Position numbers and translations under genes: made by a program. A stretch of DNA of 64,000 nucleotides from Novakomyces olei (lineage: Eukaryota), in contig JADEYG010000007.1 of NCBI GenBank assembly GCA_016906335.1, positions 2,046,001 to 2,110,000 of the forward strand. The letters run 5' to 3'. Position 1 is the first letter of the stretch. The number at the start of each line of letters is the position of its first letter. Positions 27,601 to 39,383 of the stretch are shown one piece after another. The notes below the pieces were generated by a model, which was given only the letters and a program-made list of their open reading frames with translations, made no database searches and had not been told where the DNA came from.

Positions 27601-28022
27601 GAGAAACATTGAATTCGTTCCCGAGTTTGACGTAGACGTTAGACACATCTTCATCGGAAGCCTGCAGCTTTGACCACGCGGTCAAAGTCTCCAGCAGACG
27701 CTTTGTCTCCACTAGCAACTTTGTCACGGACGATTCGATATTGTTGAGCTGCTGCTAACTGTTAGATGCCTTGCCTGGATGTAAAGAGAATAGCAGAACA
27801 AAAAAAAACTTTAAATATAAACCAAAAGGCCCATACGGCTGGCGGTTGTCGCCTGGAGGCTCGGCCATCGCCTGAACCGGTGCTGCTGCCGGACAGTGAC
27901 CGAGCACCAGAAACAGCGCGAGAGTTCCCGTGGTGGGGTGGTGGGGGCGCTGGTGGGGGCGGAGGTGCCGCGCCTGGTGGGGGCGTGCTGCCGCCGGTGC
28001 CTCGCCAGGTACTCTGATGCAT
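24607..28022 (-). CDS. BUD6: Actin-interacting polarity protein Bud6/Aip3; 3 exons
   Basis: IESSVTKLLVETKRLLETLTAW..VYVKLGNEFN, LERYLPRVRDVIVKLLQGLK, LERRASKRYS, AIP3 domain WQKLWETELDRIVQEQ, PDHESRVQAI. Confidence 0.92.
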
Positions 28023-28390
28023 TTGCCAAAGCCTTACACTACCATCACACGCGATTTACGCGTAGTTATCTGGCGTTTTGCGACTAGATAATATCCGTGT
28101 ATAATACATATTTGTGATTTAAAAGCGTCTACCTTTGCGCTTTGTGATTATACATGTGACTAGAAGCTATATTTGATGGGGCAATTTGGTACAGGCAAAT
28201 CAAACGATCAAGTATTACAGCAGTGAATTATCGACATTGACGCGAGCGCGCCGTCGTCGTTTCAAGCTGCGTAGAGTCTATGGCTCGTGGATCGCGTCCA
28301 CACTTAATTATTAGTTTATTAGTTCATTAATTTATAGTAGAGGTATTGTTTATTATATTTTATTATATTAGTTGATCATTTCTCCACTAT

Positions 28391-28403
28391 TAACCCTAAC
28401 CCT
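28391..28403. promoter_or_regulatory. TAACCCTAACCCT telobox/AACCCT-like element in BUD6/PBP1 divergent promoter
   Basis: Sequence seen; similar motifs at 37037 and 53540. Confidence 0.5.
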
Positions 28404-28619
28404 GTTCTACCATTGCTACTCCTACTACTTTCTCTTACTTTTCCCTACTTTTTCCAACCTCTATTAATGTCCGACGAGTACATGTAAAATTACATAATGT
28501 TTTCCATGCTTGTTTGCACTCTTGCACAAGTATAGATTACACTTAATTGCTCTTCAACCCTTAAATTACAAGTGGGCAACGGGTGCGCCGAATTGCAGCA
28601 TTGGTTTCGCGTTATTACC

Positions 28620-31600
28620 ATGTCTACCGCCGCCCACGGTTCTCGGCAGCAGTCGCCTGCCGCCTCTGTTCCTCCACGTGTTACTGGGAACACTAGCAAT
28701 GGCAGCAATGGCAGCAATGGCGGAGGCGCAGGCGCAGGTGGGAGTACTAATAGTAGTGGCCGATCAAGTCCCAGTACGTTTCCCGGCAGCAAGTCAAGCA
28801 GCAAGCCGGGCGGGCGTGCTACTTCCCGGAGCAATGAGGCTTCAAGCAGGTAAGAGGAGGCTGCTCAGGCTGAATAAATAAGGCAAAGAAGGTTAAATAA
28901 TTAGTAACAACATGTACAGATCCGGGGCTTCGCGTCGAACGGCAAACAGTCCTCACACGGGAAGTGCAAACCTTGAAGGTGAATCGAAAACCCGAGCAGC
29001 TACTCCTTTAAACAGCGACAAGCTCGGGTCCGGGCAGCAAATGCGGAACCGAATGCTGCAACTATACGCTCTAGCAATGGTACGGGTTTAGCGTGTCGAT
29101 TTATACTCGCTCTGTCTTGTGGTTTATCTTTTTCCGTTTTATTCATGGCAGTTTGTCGTTGTGCTGGAAGTTTGATTTGGTTTTTTTTTTATAATAAACT
29201 ACGGGTCTACTGCTCTCGGCTTGTCTTCTGTATCTTTTTCTTTGTTATTCCTTCATGGTATCGCGTGTCGAGATCGCGTGTCGATATTCGTGTCGATATT
29301 CGTGTCGATATTCGTGTCGATATTCGTGTCGATATTCGTGTCGATATTCGTGTCGATATTCGTGTCGATATTCGTGTCGATATTCGTGTCGATATTCGTG
29401 TCGATATTCGTGTCGATATTCGTGTCGATATTCGTGTCGATATTCGTGTCGATATTCGTGTGAATACTGTCGCGTCTTTAGTTCTCCGCAGCAAATACAA
29501 TGCAGCCCGGTTGTATACATCGTTTTCATCCTCTGCTGCCTCCTCTCCACACTTTTTTTATCCTTGTCTTTGCCATACTAACGTATACAGTGGTCGAGTG
29601 TCATCGTCACAGTCAAGAGCGGGGCCAAATTCAAAGGCTACTTGAGCGCAATAGACACAGAGAACGATATTGCTGTTTCTATATTCCATGCTGTGCAAGT
29701 GAAAGCGGCAATTGGTGAAGAATTGCCGCGGTCTAATAGCGTAGTGGAGGAGCTTATCGTTAAAGCAGACAATTTTGTTTCTTTGCGTGTGCTGAACGTT
29801 GATGTGGCAGCTGATCCTTCGTTCCAGCCGGCTTCGTCTCAGAGCAAAGGGTTCCGAACGGATACAGACATTTCGGCGACGGGTCGTCGTCAAACACAGG
29901 AGCGGGTTTTGCAGCGATGGGAACCTGAAGCAGGAGAGAAAGATCTACCAAGCTTAGAATCTTCAGACTCTAATAAACCATGGGACCAGTTTAGTACGAA
30001 TGAACGGCTTTTCGGTGTGACATCAGATTATAATGAAGACTTTTATACGACCCGTATCGACCGGAGTCGAGCAGATTTCCGGGAACGAGAAGCTCGAGCC
30101 GAAAAGATTGCACGTGAAATAGAATCACAGGAAGCTTCGTCTGCTCATGTTGCAGAGGACCGTAATCAGAATTTCAAGGGCGACAATGGCCTTACAGAGG
30201 AAGATCTTTATAGTGGTGTTTTGCGCGAACCGCCTTCCACATCTGACAAAACATCAGCCACAGCGACAACAGACCCTTCTGCCTTTGTTGATCCGGCTAT
30301 AATTTCTTCGTCCCAAGAGCTGAAAAAGGCAGACTCCACTGGAGAAGAATTGAAGGCACCAGAGGACAGTGCCAAAGGCGTTGGTAACAGGACCAATAAA
30401 ATTACAGGCAATAATAGCACAGCTTCGCCTGCTGTTGCTTCTACTGCAAACACTGCAGCGGCTGTTCCAAATTCTCGTCGAATTGCCTCTAGTCTGCAAT
30501 CGCAGTTCAAGCAATTTGCTTCATCTGAAAGAGAAAAAATACATCAGCGCAAGGAAAGATCTAACCTGGAAAAAGGCTCTCGTTTACGAGATTTGAAGCT
30601 GTTTAGTGAAAATTTCAAGCTGAAAACGCCTGTGCCCGATGATCTTGTCCCTATTCTTGCAAAAGATCGGGCAAAACAGGAGGAGATTATTAAAAAGTAT
30701 AAAGACGCCGGTAAAGAGCCGCCTTCAGAGGCAGAGTTTGCAGCAGCTGCTGCTGCTGCTGTTGCTGCTGATTCTGCTAAAGATCACAAGTCTGATGAAT
30801 TAGAGACGAATGATTCAGCTGTCCCTGCTTTAGGCCAGCGAATGGCTAATCTAAGGCTCTTGCGTGAACAAGGCAAAGGAGTCAAAGCAGCTTCACCGAC
30901 TCCGCTTTCACCGCCTCCCTCGGATCAACAGGCTTCTACAAAGTTGAACGTAAAAGCAGCCAGCTTTAAACCTAACCCTAATGCTGCTTCTTTTAGTCCG
31001 GCTGGATTTACTGGTAGCTCACCACAGCCCAGTGCAAATGCAGCCAGTGGCAGTATGAGTGTTCAAAGTGGTAGCAGCAATAGTCCGTCGGGCACGCCCA
31101 GAACTTCTGCCCGGCCAGGGATTGCAGGACAAGGTCCTCGTGGCGCAGCTGGTCATCATAGATTTTCTCCTCAGAGTTATTATATGCGTCCTCCGCAAGG
31201 TGCTGGAGTCGCAGCACCTTTTTTCCCTGTAGGAAAAGAATTTGTGAGTCATTCACAAAAATTTGGCAACGATTCGGGCTTATTCAACCCTTACAAAAGG
31301 TTTAAAACTGCCAATCCTGATGCTAAAGATTTCACTATTGAGAAGCCTCATACTGTACCCCCACTGTGGACCGTTCCCGGTGAAAAAGAATGGCGAGATT
31401 TGTTTCCGACTGCCTTGCCGACACAGCAGACTCAGCAACAAGGGCAGCAGTCATCGCTGGTGGGGGCCAGTGGGGGTCAGTTTTCTCCTCTGGTAGCAAG
31501 TAACACTACCGGCAGCACACTAGTAGGGACGCCTTCGCTCGACGAAGTGGGCGCCGGTCACGCTTATGCCATTGGTGGAGTTTCACCAGGAATGATCCCA

Positions 31601-32356
31601 CAGGGATTCTACGGGTACCATCCTTCTCAATTGCCCGGTGGGGCCCAAATATACATGGGGCCAGGTGGGGTTAATGGCAGTAATAATGGTAGCAATAACC
31701 CCGTTAGCAACGGTCTCGAACAAATCCCCCCGACTCAGCCTAATGCAATGCAGACCCCCACCGGGCCCCCACTCCAGCCTTCACAGCCACAGACTCCACA
31801 AATGGCTTCCGCTGCAACATACAGGCCTTTTCCTCAGCAATATATTCAGGCACTGCCTAACGGAGCCCCGGCACTTGCTCAGCCTTATATGGCCGGATAT
31901 ATGAACTACCCTTTTACTGGGATTTATTTGCCTCAGGGCTATAGTCCTGCTGCTGCCGCTGCCGCTGCTGCAGGTTACGGTCATGCCCGGCCAGTGGGGG
32001 GAATACCACCACAATATATTACCGGTGCGCCTTATGCGGGCCAGGCCGCTGCTGCTCCGGGCCAGATGCCTTCGCCTCAGCAGCACCATGTGGGGCTAAA
32101 ACCGTATGGCGGTGGGGGCCAAGGAGGTGGGGGTTACTATGGAGGCGCATACAGGGATACGCGCCAGCATCGGTGGGGCCATCACAATAATTACAACCAA
32201 TACCACCAGCAGCACCAGCACCAGCATCAGCATCAGCACCAAAATCAGGGTCAGCAACAGCCTCACAATAACGGAGTCGTGGAACCTGCCGCTCGGCAAG
32301 TGGAGGCTCCTTCGTCTGCAAAGAATGGGGAAAGTATTGATAGCGAAGTAGCTTAG
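28620..32356 (+). CDS. PBP1: Ataxin-2 homolog, PAB1-binding protein; 3 exons
   Basis: Lsm (VIVTVKSGAKFKG), LsmAD (WDQFSTNERLFGVTSDYNEDFYTTRID), PAM2-like KLNVKAASFKPNPNAASFSP, low-complexity tail. Confidence 0.94.
29277..29460. repeat. 12-bp tandem repeat (CGTGTCGATATT) x15 in PBP1 intron 2
   Basis: Seen directly; lies inside intron 29080-29590. Confidence 0.98.
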
Positions 32357-33170
32357 AGATATTAATTCATTATTTCCGAGTGATTCGTGCGAGAGGGAGG
32401 TAGAAATTAACGCTTAATTTGTTGTCTTGAAGGTGAATGATATCAGAGTTTGAATTGTAGTTTTTTTTTTTTAATCAGTTGTATTTTTGAGTTCTTTTTT
32501 CTTGATATAGAAAATAACTCTTTCAGGCCCAAGGTTAACATAAACTTTTAAATGTAGGTTTATCCTATATTATGATTTGTATACAAAAGAATGAGCTATG
32601 CACAAACCGCTACTGGGAACCAGCACGCGGTCACAAGCAAATCAAGTGCGTTCTTACGTAAAGCATCAGCTGAAAGTATCAGTCTGGCCTAGTCGGCTAC
32701 GTACAATTAATAGGTTGCCTTTGCTCATATTTTCTACGACGGTAAAGTATTATAGAGTTAGGGTTAGTACATGGGTCGCCCAACACATTATTGCCCGGCG
32801 GCAAGTAATTTGATATTTAAACAGGTTCAGTCTTACCCCTCATAAGCGGCGACGGCGCCTTGACCGTTGGAATAGTCGTCAGTATAAAACAGGGCAAAAG
32901 GTGTATGTTGCTAAAGTATCACTATAACTTAAAGTACAGATGGCTAAGCAATACACGATGCATCCAAGTAATACATGACGAAGAACGGTAGCCGATTGAT
33001 CTGCTGCATTACTACTAGTACGAGAAAACGAACCGACGGTTCCGCTACGCCCGTTTGGCGGCACTTTTGGCTGCGGCCGAGATAAGCTTCCCTCTTGTAT
33101 ATAAAAGGTTGTGCTGGCGGTACCTTGACGCTAGGATCAGGCAGACACAAGTCAGAAAATAGCAGAGACA

Positions 33171-34277
33171 ATGACGGGCATAGTCATCGAACCGCTGGCA
33201 GGAGCACCGTTAGGTGCAAAAGTAAGCAATGTCAATGTCGGCGACGCCCTCCTTGACCCGACCAGTGAGGCCTGGCAGCAGTTCCGCGATGCAGTGTACA
33301 CGTACGGAGTAGTAGTCGTCCCCAACCAGGCGGCACTCACTCCGGAGCAGCAGTATGCGCTTACAAAGCAGTTTGATCCGGATTCGAGTCAGTATGGGCA
33401 CGGCAATAAGGGACGAGAGGCCAAGAGTATACTCCACCCGGACCTGAAGACGGTCCCGCGCTGCCCGCAGGTGCAGGTTATTGGCAACGGAAGGGTGGCT
33501 GAGCACGAAGGCTTATCAGACATCCAGCTGAAGCATCCTCACCACCGTACCTTCCACGGCACAGTCGTGTCTGACGCAGACGAAGAGCGTGGTATAACCC
33601 GCTTCTACCGTTGGCATATTGACGCGGCACTCTACGATCTGGATCCACCAAAAGTTACTACTCTCTTGGCGGTTAAAGTGCCACAGGGGCCCAAACAAGT
33701 TGTTCGTTATGACGATGGATCGGGGGACGAGCTGCAAGTTCCACTGGGCACTACTGCCTTTGTCAGCGGTGAGACTATGTACAACAATCTGTCGCCCGCA
33801 GATCAAGAGTTTGTGCGTACCAGCAAGATTGAATACGCACCTCACCCTTACGTGTGGATGAGCAAAGCTCACGCTTTGCCCACTGGTCTCGGGCTGGAAA
33901 CTGAAGGTTTAGAGTTGGAGGTGGATGAGCTGCCAGAGTGGACAAACGAAGGTGTAAAGGTGCTTCCAATGTGCTGGAAGAACCCGCTGACCGGCCATCT
34001 TGCTCTCCAGATCCATCCCTGTGCTGCACGTGCTATTGTACGCGACTCTGGTGAGCGAATCGAAGATTTGGGAAAGGTCCGAGAGCTGCTCTACCGCCTG
34101 CAGAGGCCGGGTATTAGTCCAGAACGCGTCTATGCCCATGACTGGCAGCCTGATGATCTTGTTGTCTTCCACAATCGGGGCGTACTACACTCTGTAGTGG
34201 GCGCATTCAAGCATGATCAAGTCAGGATTTTCCACCAGTGCAACCTGGCGGCTTCAGAAGGCGTTCAGGGGCCCTGA
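33171..34277 (+). CDS. xanA: Alpha-ketoglutarate-dependent xanthine dioxygenase (TauD/TfdA family), intronless
   Basis: YGHGN..SILHPDLKTVP, LKHPHHRTFH, RFYRWHIDAALY (HxD), FHNRGVLHSVVG, RIFHQCNLAAS. Confidence 0.88.
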   Translation: MTGIVIEPLAGAPLGAKVSNVNVGDALLDPTSEAWQQFRDAVYTYGVVVVPNQAALTPEQQYALTKQFDPDSSQYGHGNKGREAKSILHPDLKTVPRCPQVQVIGNGRVAEHEGLSDIQLKHPHHRTFHGTVVSDADEERGITRFYRWHIDAALYDLDPPKVTTLLAVKVPQGPKQVVRYDDGSGDELQVPLGTTAFVSGETMYNNLSPADQEFVRTSKIEYAPHPYVWMSKAHALPTGLGLETEGLELEVDELPEWTNEGVKVLPMCWKNPLTGHLALQIHPCAARAIVRDSGERIEDLGKVRELLYRLQRPGISPERVYAHDWQPDDLVVFHNRGVLHSVVGAFKHDQVRIFHQCNLAASEGVQGP

Positions 34278-34477
34278 AGTAGTGACTAGACAGCATAAAT
34301 GCAACGAGTCATAGACGGCAAATGAATCGGCGTGTCCGCCATGAATACCACCAAGGAATTTCGAGTTTACGGGTTTATTTTCACTAGTTTTTGTGCAGAA
34401 TTGATTTTATTTTGACAGATGTGACTCGTCAAAAATGACATCAATAATACAGTAGTACGCTATATCGCACATTTTTA

Positions 34478-34585
34478 TTTTCATGCCATCCAATTTTCAT
34501 GCCATCCAATTTTCATGCCATCCAATTTTCATGCCATCCAATTTTCATGCCATCCAATTTTCATGCCATTCCATATTCATGCCAA
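34478..34585. repeat. 16-bp tandem repeat (TTTTCATGCCATCCAA), about 5 copies plus decaying units
   Basis: Seen directly. Confidence 0.95.
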
Positions 34586-34849
34586 CTCCTATTTGCAAAT
34601 GTGGTCATTATAAATGTAGTATGTACAACGCCCACGCGTACTTATATAAGCCTTATTCATAGATTAAGATTGAGCATTAAGCGCTAAACAAGAGCAATAA
34701 TAATGCTGTTTACAAAATATTAATTAAATCGAACCTGTTTATATATTTATTCTCATACTATTTATTAGATAATCGTCATTTATAGCCTATGATACCATAA
34801 CAATCTGGCACTGTTTGATTTATATTTTATACTACAGCTATGTATAATC

Positions 34850-35336
34850 ATGGACGGCACTTTACCGCCGTACGTGCGCTTTTCCCTCGTATCAGGTGTC
34901 TGTGCGGTAATGCAAAAGATGAGCAGTACATTTCTAATTCGTAGGCGGGAAACGCCGTTTTCACTAAACTGTTTTCCGGTGCGGCACTGTCCTTACTACC
35001 TGAAAATGTACCGTCGTGGCTCGGCTGGATTGTACGTTTCATATGTCTCGGCATTGCCCTCGGTTTGAATGCTACTGTGTGTTTTAAATTTGGAATTTTA
35101 ATTAAATGTACTTGTACTTAATTTAGATGTGGATGTTTTTTACACGCGCTCTTACTGACGCTTCGGGTACGCCGGTACGCGCTACCATTACCGATACGGC
35201 GGCCAACTTTCTCATGACGGCAGTGGCTGGTGCCCTAGTTTTCTCAGAGCGACTAGATTTAGTTTGGTTTGCTGGTGCTTTTCTTGTCGTGGCTGGCATA
35301 GTTATACTGGCGACAACTGGAAGGCAGCACGATTAG
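34850..35336 (+). CDS. Small DMT-superfamily membrane protein, TMEM42-like; 3 exons
   Basis: SGVCA/AGNAVFTKL..LNAT/MWMFFTRAL..TAANFLMTAVAGALVFSERL..WFAGAFLVVAG. Confidence 0.78.
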
Positions 35337-35849
35337 CCATGGGCTTTGACGATGATGGAGCAATCGGATCCGATGGCTGCAACCTACTGAAAATACTATA
35401 CGAATTTTGTTGTTCAACTGTTTATACCTGCCAGGTATAGTGTAAACCAATTGTAACTTGTGTCATTGTGTACATTCACACGTCAGAATATAGTAGATAA
35501 TGGCACGGCAATATCATGCGCATCATTGACCTGTCCTTGTACTATACTATTGAAATAGCAGCTCACCACGGTGTGCATTGTACACGGATACTGCGCTCAT
35601 TTGTAGCCTTATACCCCTTTGTAAGGAAGGACTTGTGGATTGAAGTGTGATTTCTCTCTATTTTTGGTGTATTGCCATATTAAACTCGTATATTCATGTG
35701 CATACTCATAGTAGATGTTGACCAGTCTATGGATAGGAAGCCAACCTACGTACCATCATCAATTTGACCAAAACATCCCAACGTTACCTCTATCCATACA
35801 TTCACGCGTACCTTTAAATAAAATAAAAAAGATGAAAATTAAAACAATT

Positions 35850-36986
35850 TCACGGACCTGCATCATGAAACATTTGCTCGTAGACTGCACGGGCCCTCGC
35901 ACGCCGTCGTTTCCGATCACGCCGTATTTTCCAGGCACCCACCATTTCGGCTGGCAGTCGCGCTCTATTTAATGACACATTTACATTATCAAACTCGATT
36001 TCTTCCACACCCCCAAATATTCGAGCACAACGTGCAGCTGTGGCCTGAATTGCCTGTGCATTGACGCGAGTACGCGCTTGCGCACTCGCGACGCGTACAA
36101 TATCTGTCCACCGTAATGCCTGTGCAGTTTGCTGCCAGCGTTGGCCATCAGGCCGCAGTTTACGTTGGCCGCACCAGTCTGCCAGTAGCGTTACTTGCTC
36201 CATCACCGCAGCAATCGCGCTGTGAGCCAATATCTCTGTGTCGCCCACATAAGGATCGGGCGCCATCTCGCCCCCTTTAACATTCCTGCGCAATGCTGTC
36301 AATAAAGCGCGTCGCAAATCGTCGCCCGCGCGCTGCGTGGGAGATCCTCCAGACTCATCCCACTCCTCCGCATACTCGTTGGGCCGCTCTGGCAGCCGCT
36401 GCGGCAGCATTGGCCAATTAGCCCACTGTTCGGCCCAGCGGCGATCAAGCTTACTAAGCCGTTGTCGTGGTGTTATAAGCAAATGCTCGCCCCACGCTAA
36501 TCTCTGAGACAGTTTAGGATTACGCAATTGTACAGCAGTCTCCCCAACCTCCACCCTCCGCCTAAAACACGTGCTGTGACGCGTGTAGTACGCGTAACGC
36601 GCTCGATGCAATAAGAGCAGATTCTTGGAGAGGTCAGTGCGCTCGGTTTGTACTACGCTCTCACAGGCGTGACGCATCTCTTCAAGCAAGAGAGAGCGCA
36701 TATGTAGGGCATGAACACCAGTTCCTCGATTATACGTATTCAGCCTGGGCGCGGCCTTTTCCCTATTATTGTACGCGACTGCCTTGACCAAGGTACGTCC
36801 GCGCCGAAGTGCAGACAGCTTTGCATCCCACGGAAGGCCGCCACGTTCTTGAGCCAGTTGCTCTTCCTCCGCGTCATATTCTTGTGAGCTTTCTGCTTGC
36901 ACTGGAGGAGAGGGCGTTGCTGGCGCTGGCTCCTCCTCCGCCAACCGCGGACCCTCATCGCGCCACCACTCGTTTTCCTCAGACAT
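35850..36986 (-). CDS. Rrn9-like RNA polymerase I upstream activation factor subunit
   Basis: 378-aa intronless ORF; DLSKNLL..WANWPM and WTDIVRVA..AIQATAARCARIFG resemble fungal Rrn9-domain proteins (from recall). Confidence 0.6.
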   Translation of the reverse strand: MSEENEWWRDEGPRLAEEEPAPATPSPPVQAESSQEYDAEEEQLAQERGGLPWDAKLSALRRGRTLVKAVAYNNREKAAPRLNTYNRGTGVHALHMRSLLLEEMRHACESVVQTERTDLSKNLLLLHRARYAYYTRHSTCFRRRVEVGETAVQLRNPKLSQRLAWGEHLLITPRQRLSKLDRRWAEQWANWPMLPQRLPERPNEYAEEWDESGGSPTQRAGDDLRRALLTALRRNVKGGEMAPDPYVGDTEILAHSAIAAVMEQVTLLADWCGQRKLRPDGQRWQQTAQALRWTDIVRVASAQARTRVNAQAIQATAARCARIFGGVEEIEFDNVNVSLNRARLPAEMVGAWKIRRDRKRRRARARAVYEQMFHDAGP

Positions 36987-37036
36987 TGTCAGACGCGTGA
37001 GGGACTCACGTCCGTTCGACTATAAAAACTAGTTTC

Positions 37037-37050
37037 TTAGGGTTAGGGTT
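37037..37050. promoter_or_regulatory. TTAGGGTTAGGGTT telobox-like element about 50 bp upstream of Rrn9-like ATG
   Basis: Seen directly. Confidence 0.55.
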
Positions 37051-37410
37051 TTGGTGTCGATTTTTTTATAAAGATTTTTCTGTATATAGTTTTGGCCGTT
37101 CAAAGGGCAGCAGCTGCACGATCAAGTCCCACAAGCAAGATTAAAGCCGGCATTGGCTCATACAAACTACAGCCTACTGGTGCTATTTAATCGAGGATGT
37201 TGCCTGGACGATCTGGTAGCGCATTATACATTATGTGTAATATCCACCTACGTGAATGGACGGTATAGCCAGGTGTTGTTGACACTATACATAATCCATC
37301 CCTTCATGACGCATTTACAGATGCCTCAACCTACTTTGTGTACTATGCGAATGCCCAAATCAGATGTTGAAAATGTTATGCATAGACGGTATAAAGGATC
37401 ATTTCAGTCT

Positions 37411-37775
37411 CTAAAAGACGAGAGCAGCACCCTTGGTCTTCTTCTCACCACCAAGCTCAAAGTGCTTGCAGCGTTTAAGCGAGAGCTGTGACTTGTACTT
37501 GCATTGTGTGCATTCCAGACGGAGGACTACCTTCTTCGTCGTCTTGGCGCGCTTGTGGAAGATAGGCTTAGTCTGACCACCGAACCCCTTTTGCTTGCGG
37601 ACGTAGCGGCGCTTTCCCTGTGCGAAGAGTGAATCTTTGCCCTTCTTATATTGAGAGACACGGTGGAGCGTGTGCTTGCGGCATTCTTTGCCGGGGCAGT
37701 AAGTATTGCGCGTTTTAGGAATGTTGACCTGTGATGTTAGCCTCAAAGAACTGTCCTGCTGCGGCACTTTACCAT
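37411..37775 (-). CDS. RPL42: 60S ribosomal protein eL42 (L42/L44/L36a); ATG-only first exon
   Basis: [46 protein letters not shown]. Confidence 0.97.
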
Positions 37776-37840
37776 TGCGACGGCTGTTGGTGATGCTGCG
37801 GTAAGAGCTCTGTGCTGTGTTGATACTCCTTGTAGTCTAT

Positions 37841-37859
37841 ACCCTACCCTGTGTGACTG
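37841..37859 (-). promoter_or_regulatory. Homol D (CAGTCACA) plus Homol E (AGGGTAGGGT) ribosomal protein promoter boxes
   Basis: ACCCTACCCT at 37841-37850 and TGTGACTG at 37852-37859, 65-85 bp upstream of RPL42 ATG; exact matches to S. pombe elements. Confidence 0.88.
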
Positions 37860-38700
37860 CTAATATGATTAGTTGAGTACCAGATAATTATTATACGCTG
37901 TAATTATATACGCATTTATATTATGTATGGGAATAAAGTACTAGCATATGTTATCGCTGCATTCTTGTTATATGACTGGCTATACATGTTGAATAGCTCT
38001 ATTGAGAGCGCTGTCCGTCTTGTCTGAAGTAATGACGCTGATTTAGTCTATTTTCGCCAAACCTCTTTTTGCGTTGTAATGGCTGTTACTTACAATTCAT
38101 ATCGCCGCGGATTTAATATTCTCGACTCATAACCTACTCCGTAAAATTAGAGTCATACTACTCATTCCATGAGCATATGGCATCATTCAGGATCGTCCAT
38201 ATGAGGTCCGAACCGCCGAAGGTTTTTGACATACTTGTTCGCGCCGTAAACATAATGACTTTGTACTTTTGCCATTGCTTGACTAGCGTGTCTTCTTTTC
38301 CCCATACTTGAGGCTTACCTTTTTACATTGTATTTCCCCGCAACCACATGTTATTACTTGGTACTGTGTGACAGCTCCGGTTATGGATCATTATCAGTTG
38401 CAGATCCGGGGCCAGCGCCTTCACAACAACGCCATATTTTATTGCGCAAAACGGCCTGAGACTTCGGTGCCTGTACAAATTGCACTCATTCACAATCACC
38501 TTCTCACTTCCACTGTGCCAATTAGGATTACCCTCTCGCACTGTAACCTTCTTATTCCCCGCATTAATCCAACGTAAACCTGGCAATTTCTATTATTCTC
38601 TGCCGATCTCGGACAGTAAGTAAGCAGCAAGCAATAAGCCTGAACCTTAAATTCCAACGGACAAGATAAATATAGAACGGCTCACTCGGATCTCAAAGAA

Positions 38701-39383
38701 ATGACTCGTACAATTCGTCGCAACTCTTTGCCTTCTCTCACCCGACCTACTGGCGAGGGCGAGGCCAGCACAAATACTTGTGGCCGCTATTTCACAAAGT
38801 ACGCTACTTCTAAAATGGGGATAGTTTAGTTTTGCTTTTTGCTATTGATAACGCAATTCCAAAAGCTACATCACTTTATTAATTTCGTCAATCTTGCCCT
38901 TTAATGTCTTTAATATGGTCTTTCAAGTCTGCATTATTGCAGTTTACTAAACAAATAAAATACAGACACGGCCACCCTGACACGGATCCGAATAAAGTCA
39001 AAAAACGCGGGTTCGGTCGTGGTAACTGGGGCCTCGCCGGCCAGGAACTAGACGAAGAAATTTCACGTTCAGGCTTGGTCGATAAAAGCGCCACTTTTTA
39101 TGTTCCTACTGGACCCCTCCGCCGCTCTTTTAGCTCTAGTAGTAGCGGCAGCAGCGGAAGCAGTAGTAGCGGAAACGCTGTGGGGATAAGCGGGAATGGA
39201 AGCATCGTTTTGCGCAATCGCCGTCGATCTAATTCCAGGACGGAGTTGCCAGTATCGAAATGGGACACGAACGAAAAGTTTGAAGACGAGGAGGTCTTTA
39301 CACCGGAGAGTCTGCGCTGGTCGACACCGAGAGAAGTAGCCTGTGCCGTAATTACGGAGGACGATGATATGGCGGTAGTTTAG
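38701..39383 (+). CDS. STF2/TMA10-like (HABP4/PAI-RBP1 family) small protein; 2 exons
   Basis: MTRT..RYFTK/HGHPDTDPNKVKKRGFGRGNWG..RRRSNS. Confidence 0.82.

Noticed and set aside
29145..29645. Repeat-peptide ORFs or a CRISPR-like array
   Set aside because: Head-to-tail 12-mers with no spacers, inside a PBP1 intron with good splice signals; eukaryotic context
38000..38600. Possible small gene or ncRNA between RPL42 and the STF2-like gene
   Set aside because: No recognisable motif, box C/D pair or tRNA boxes
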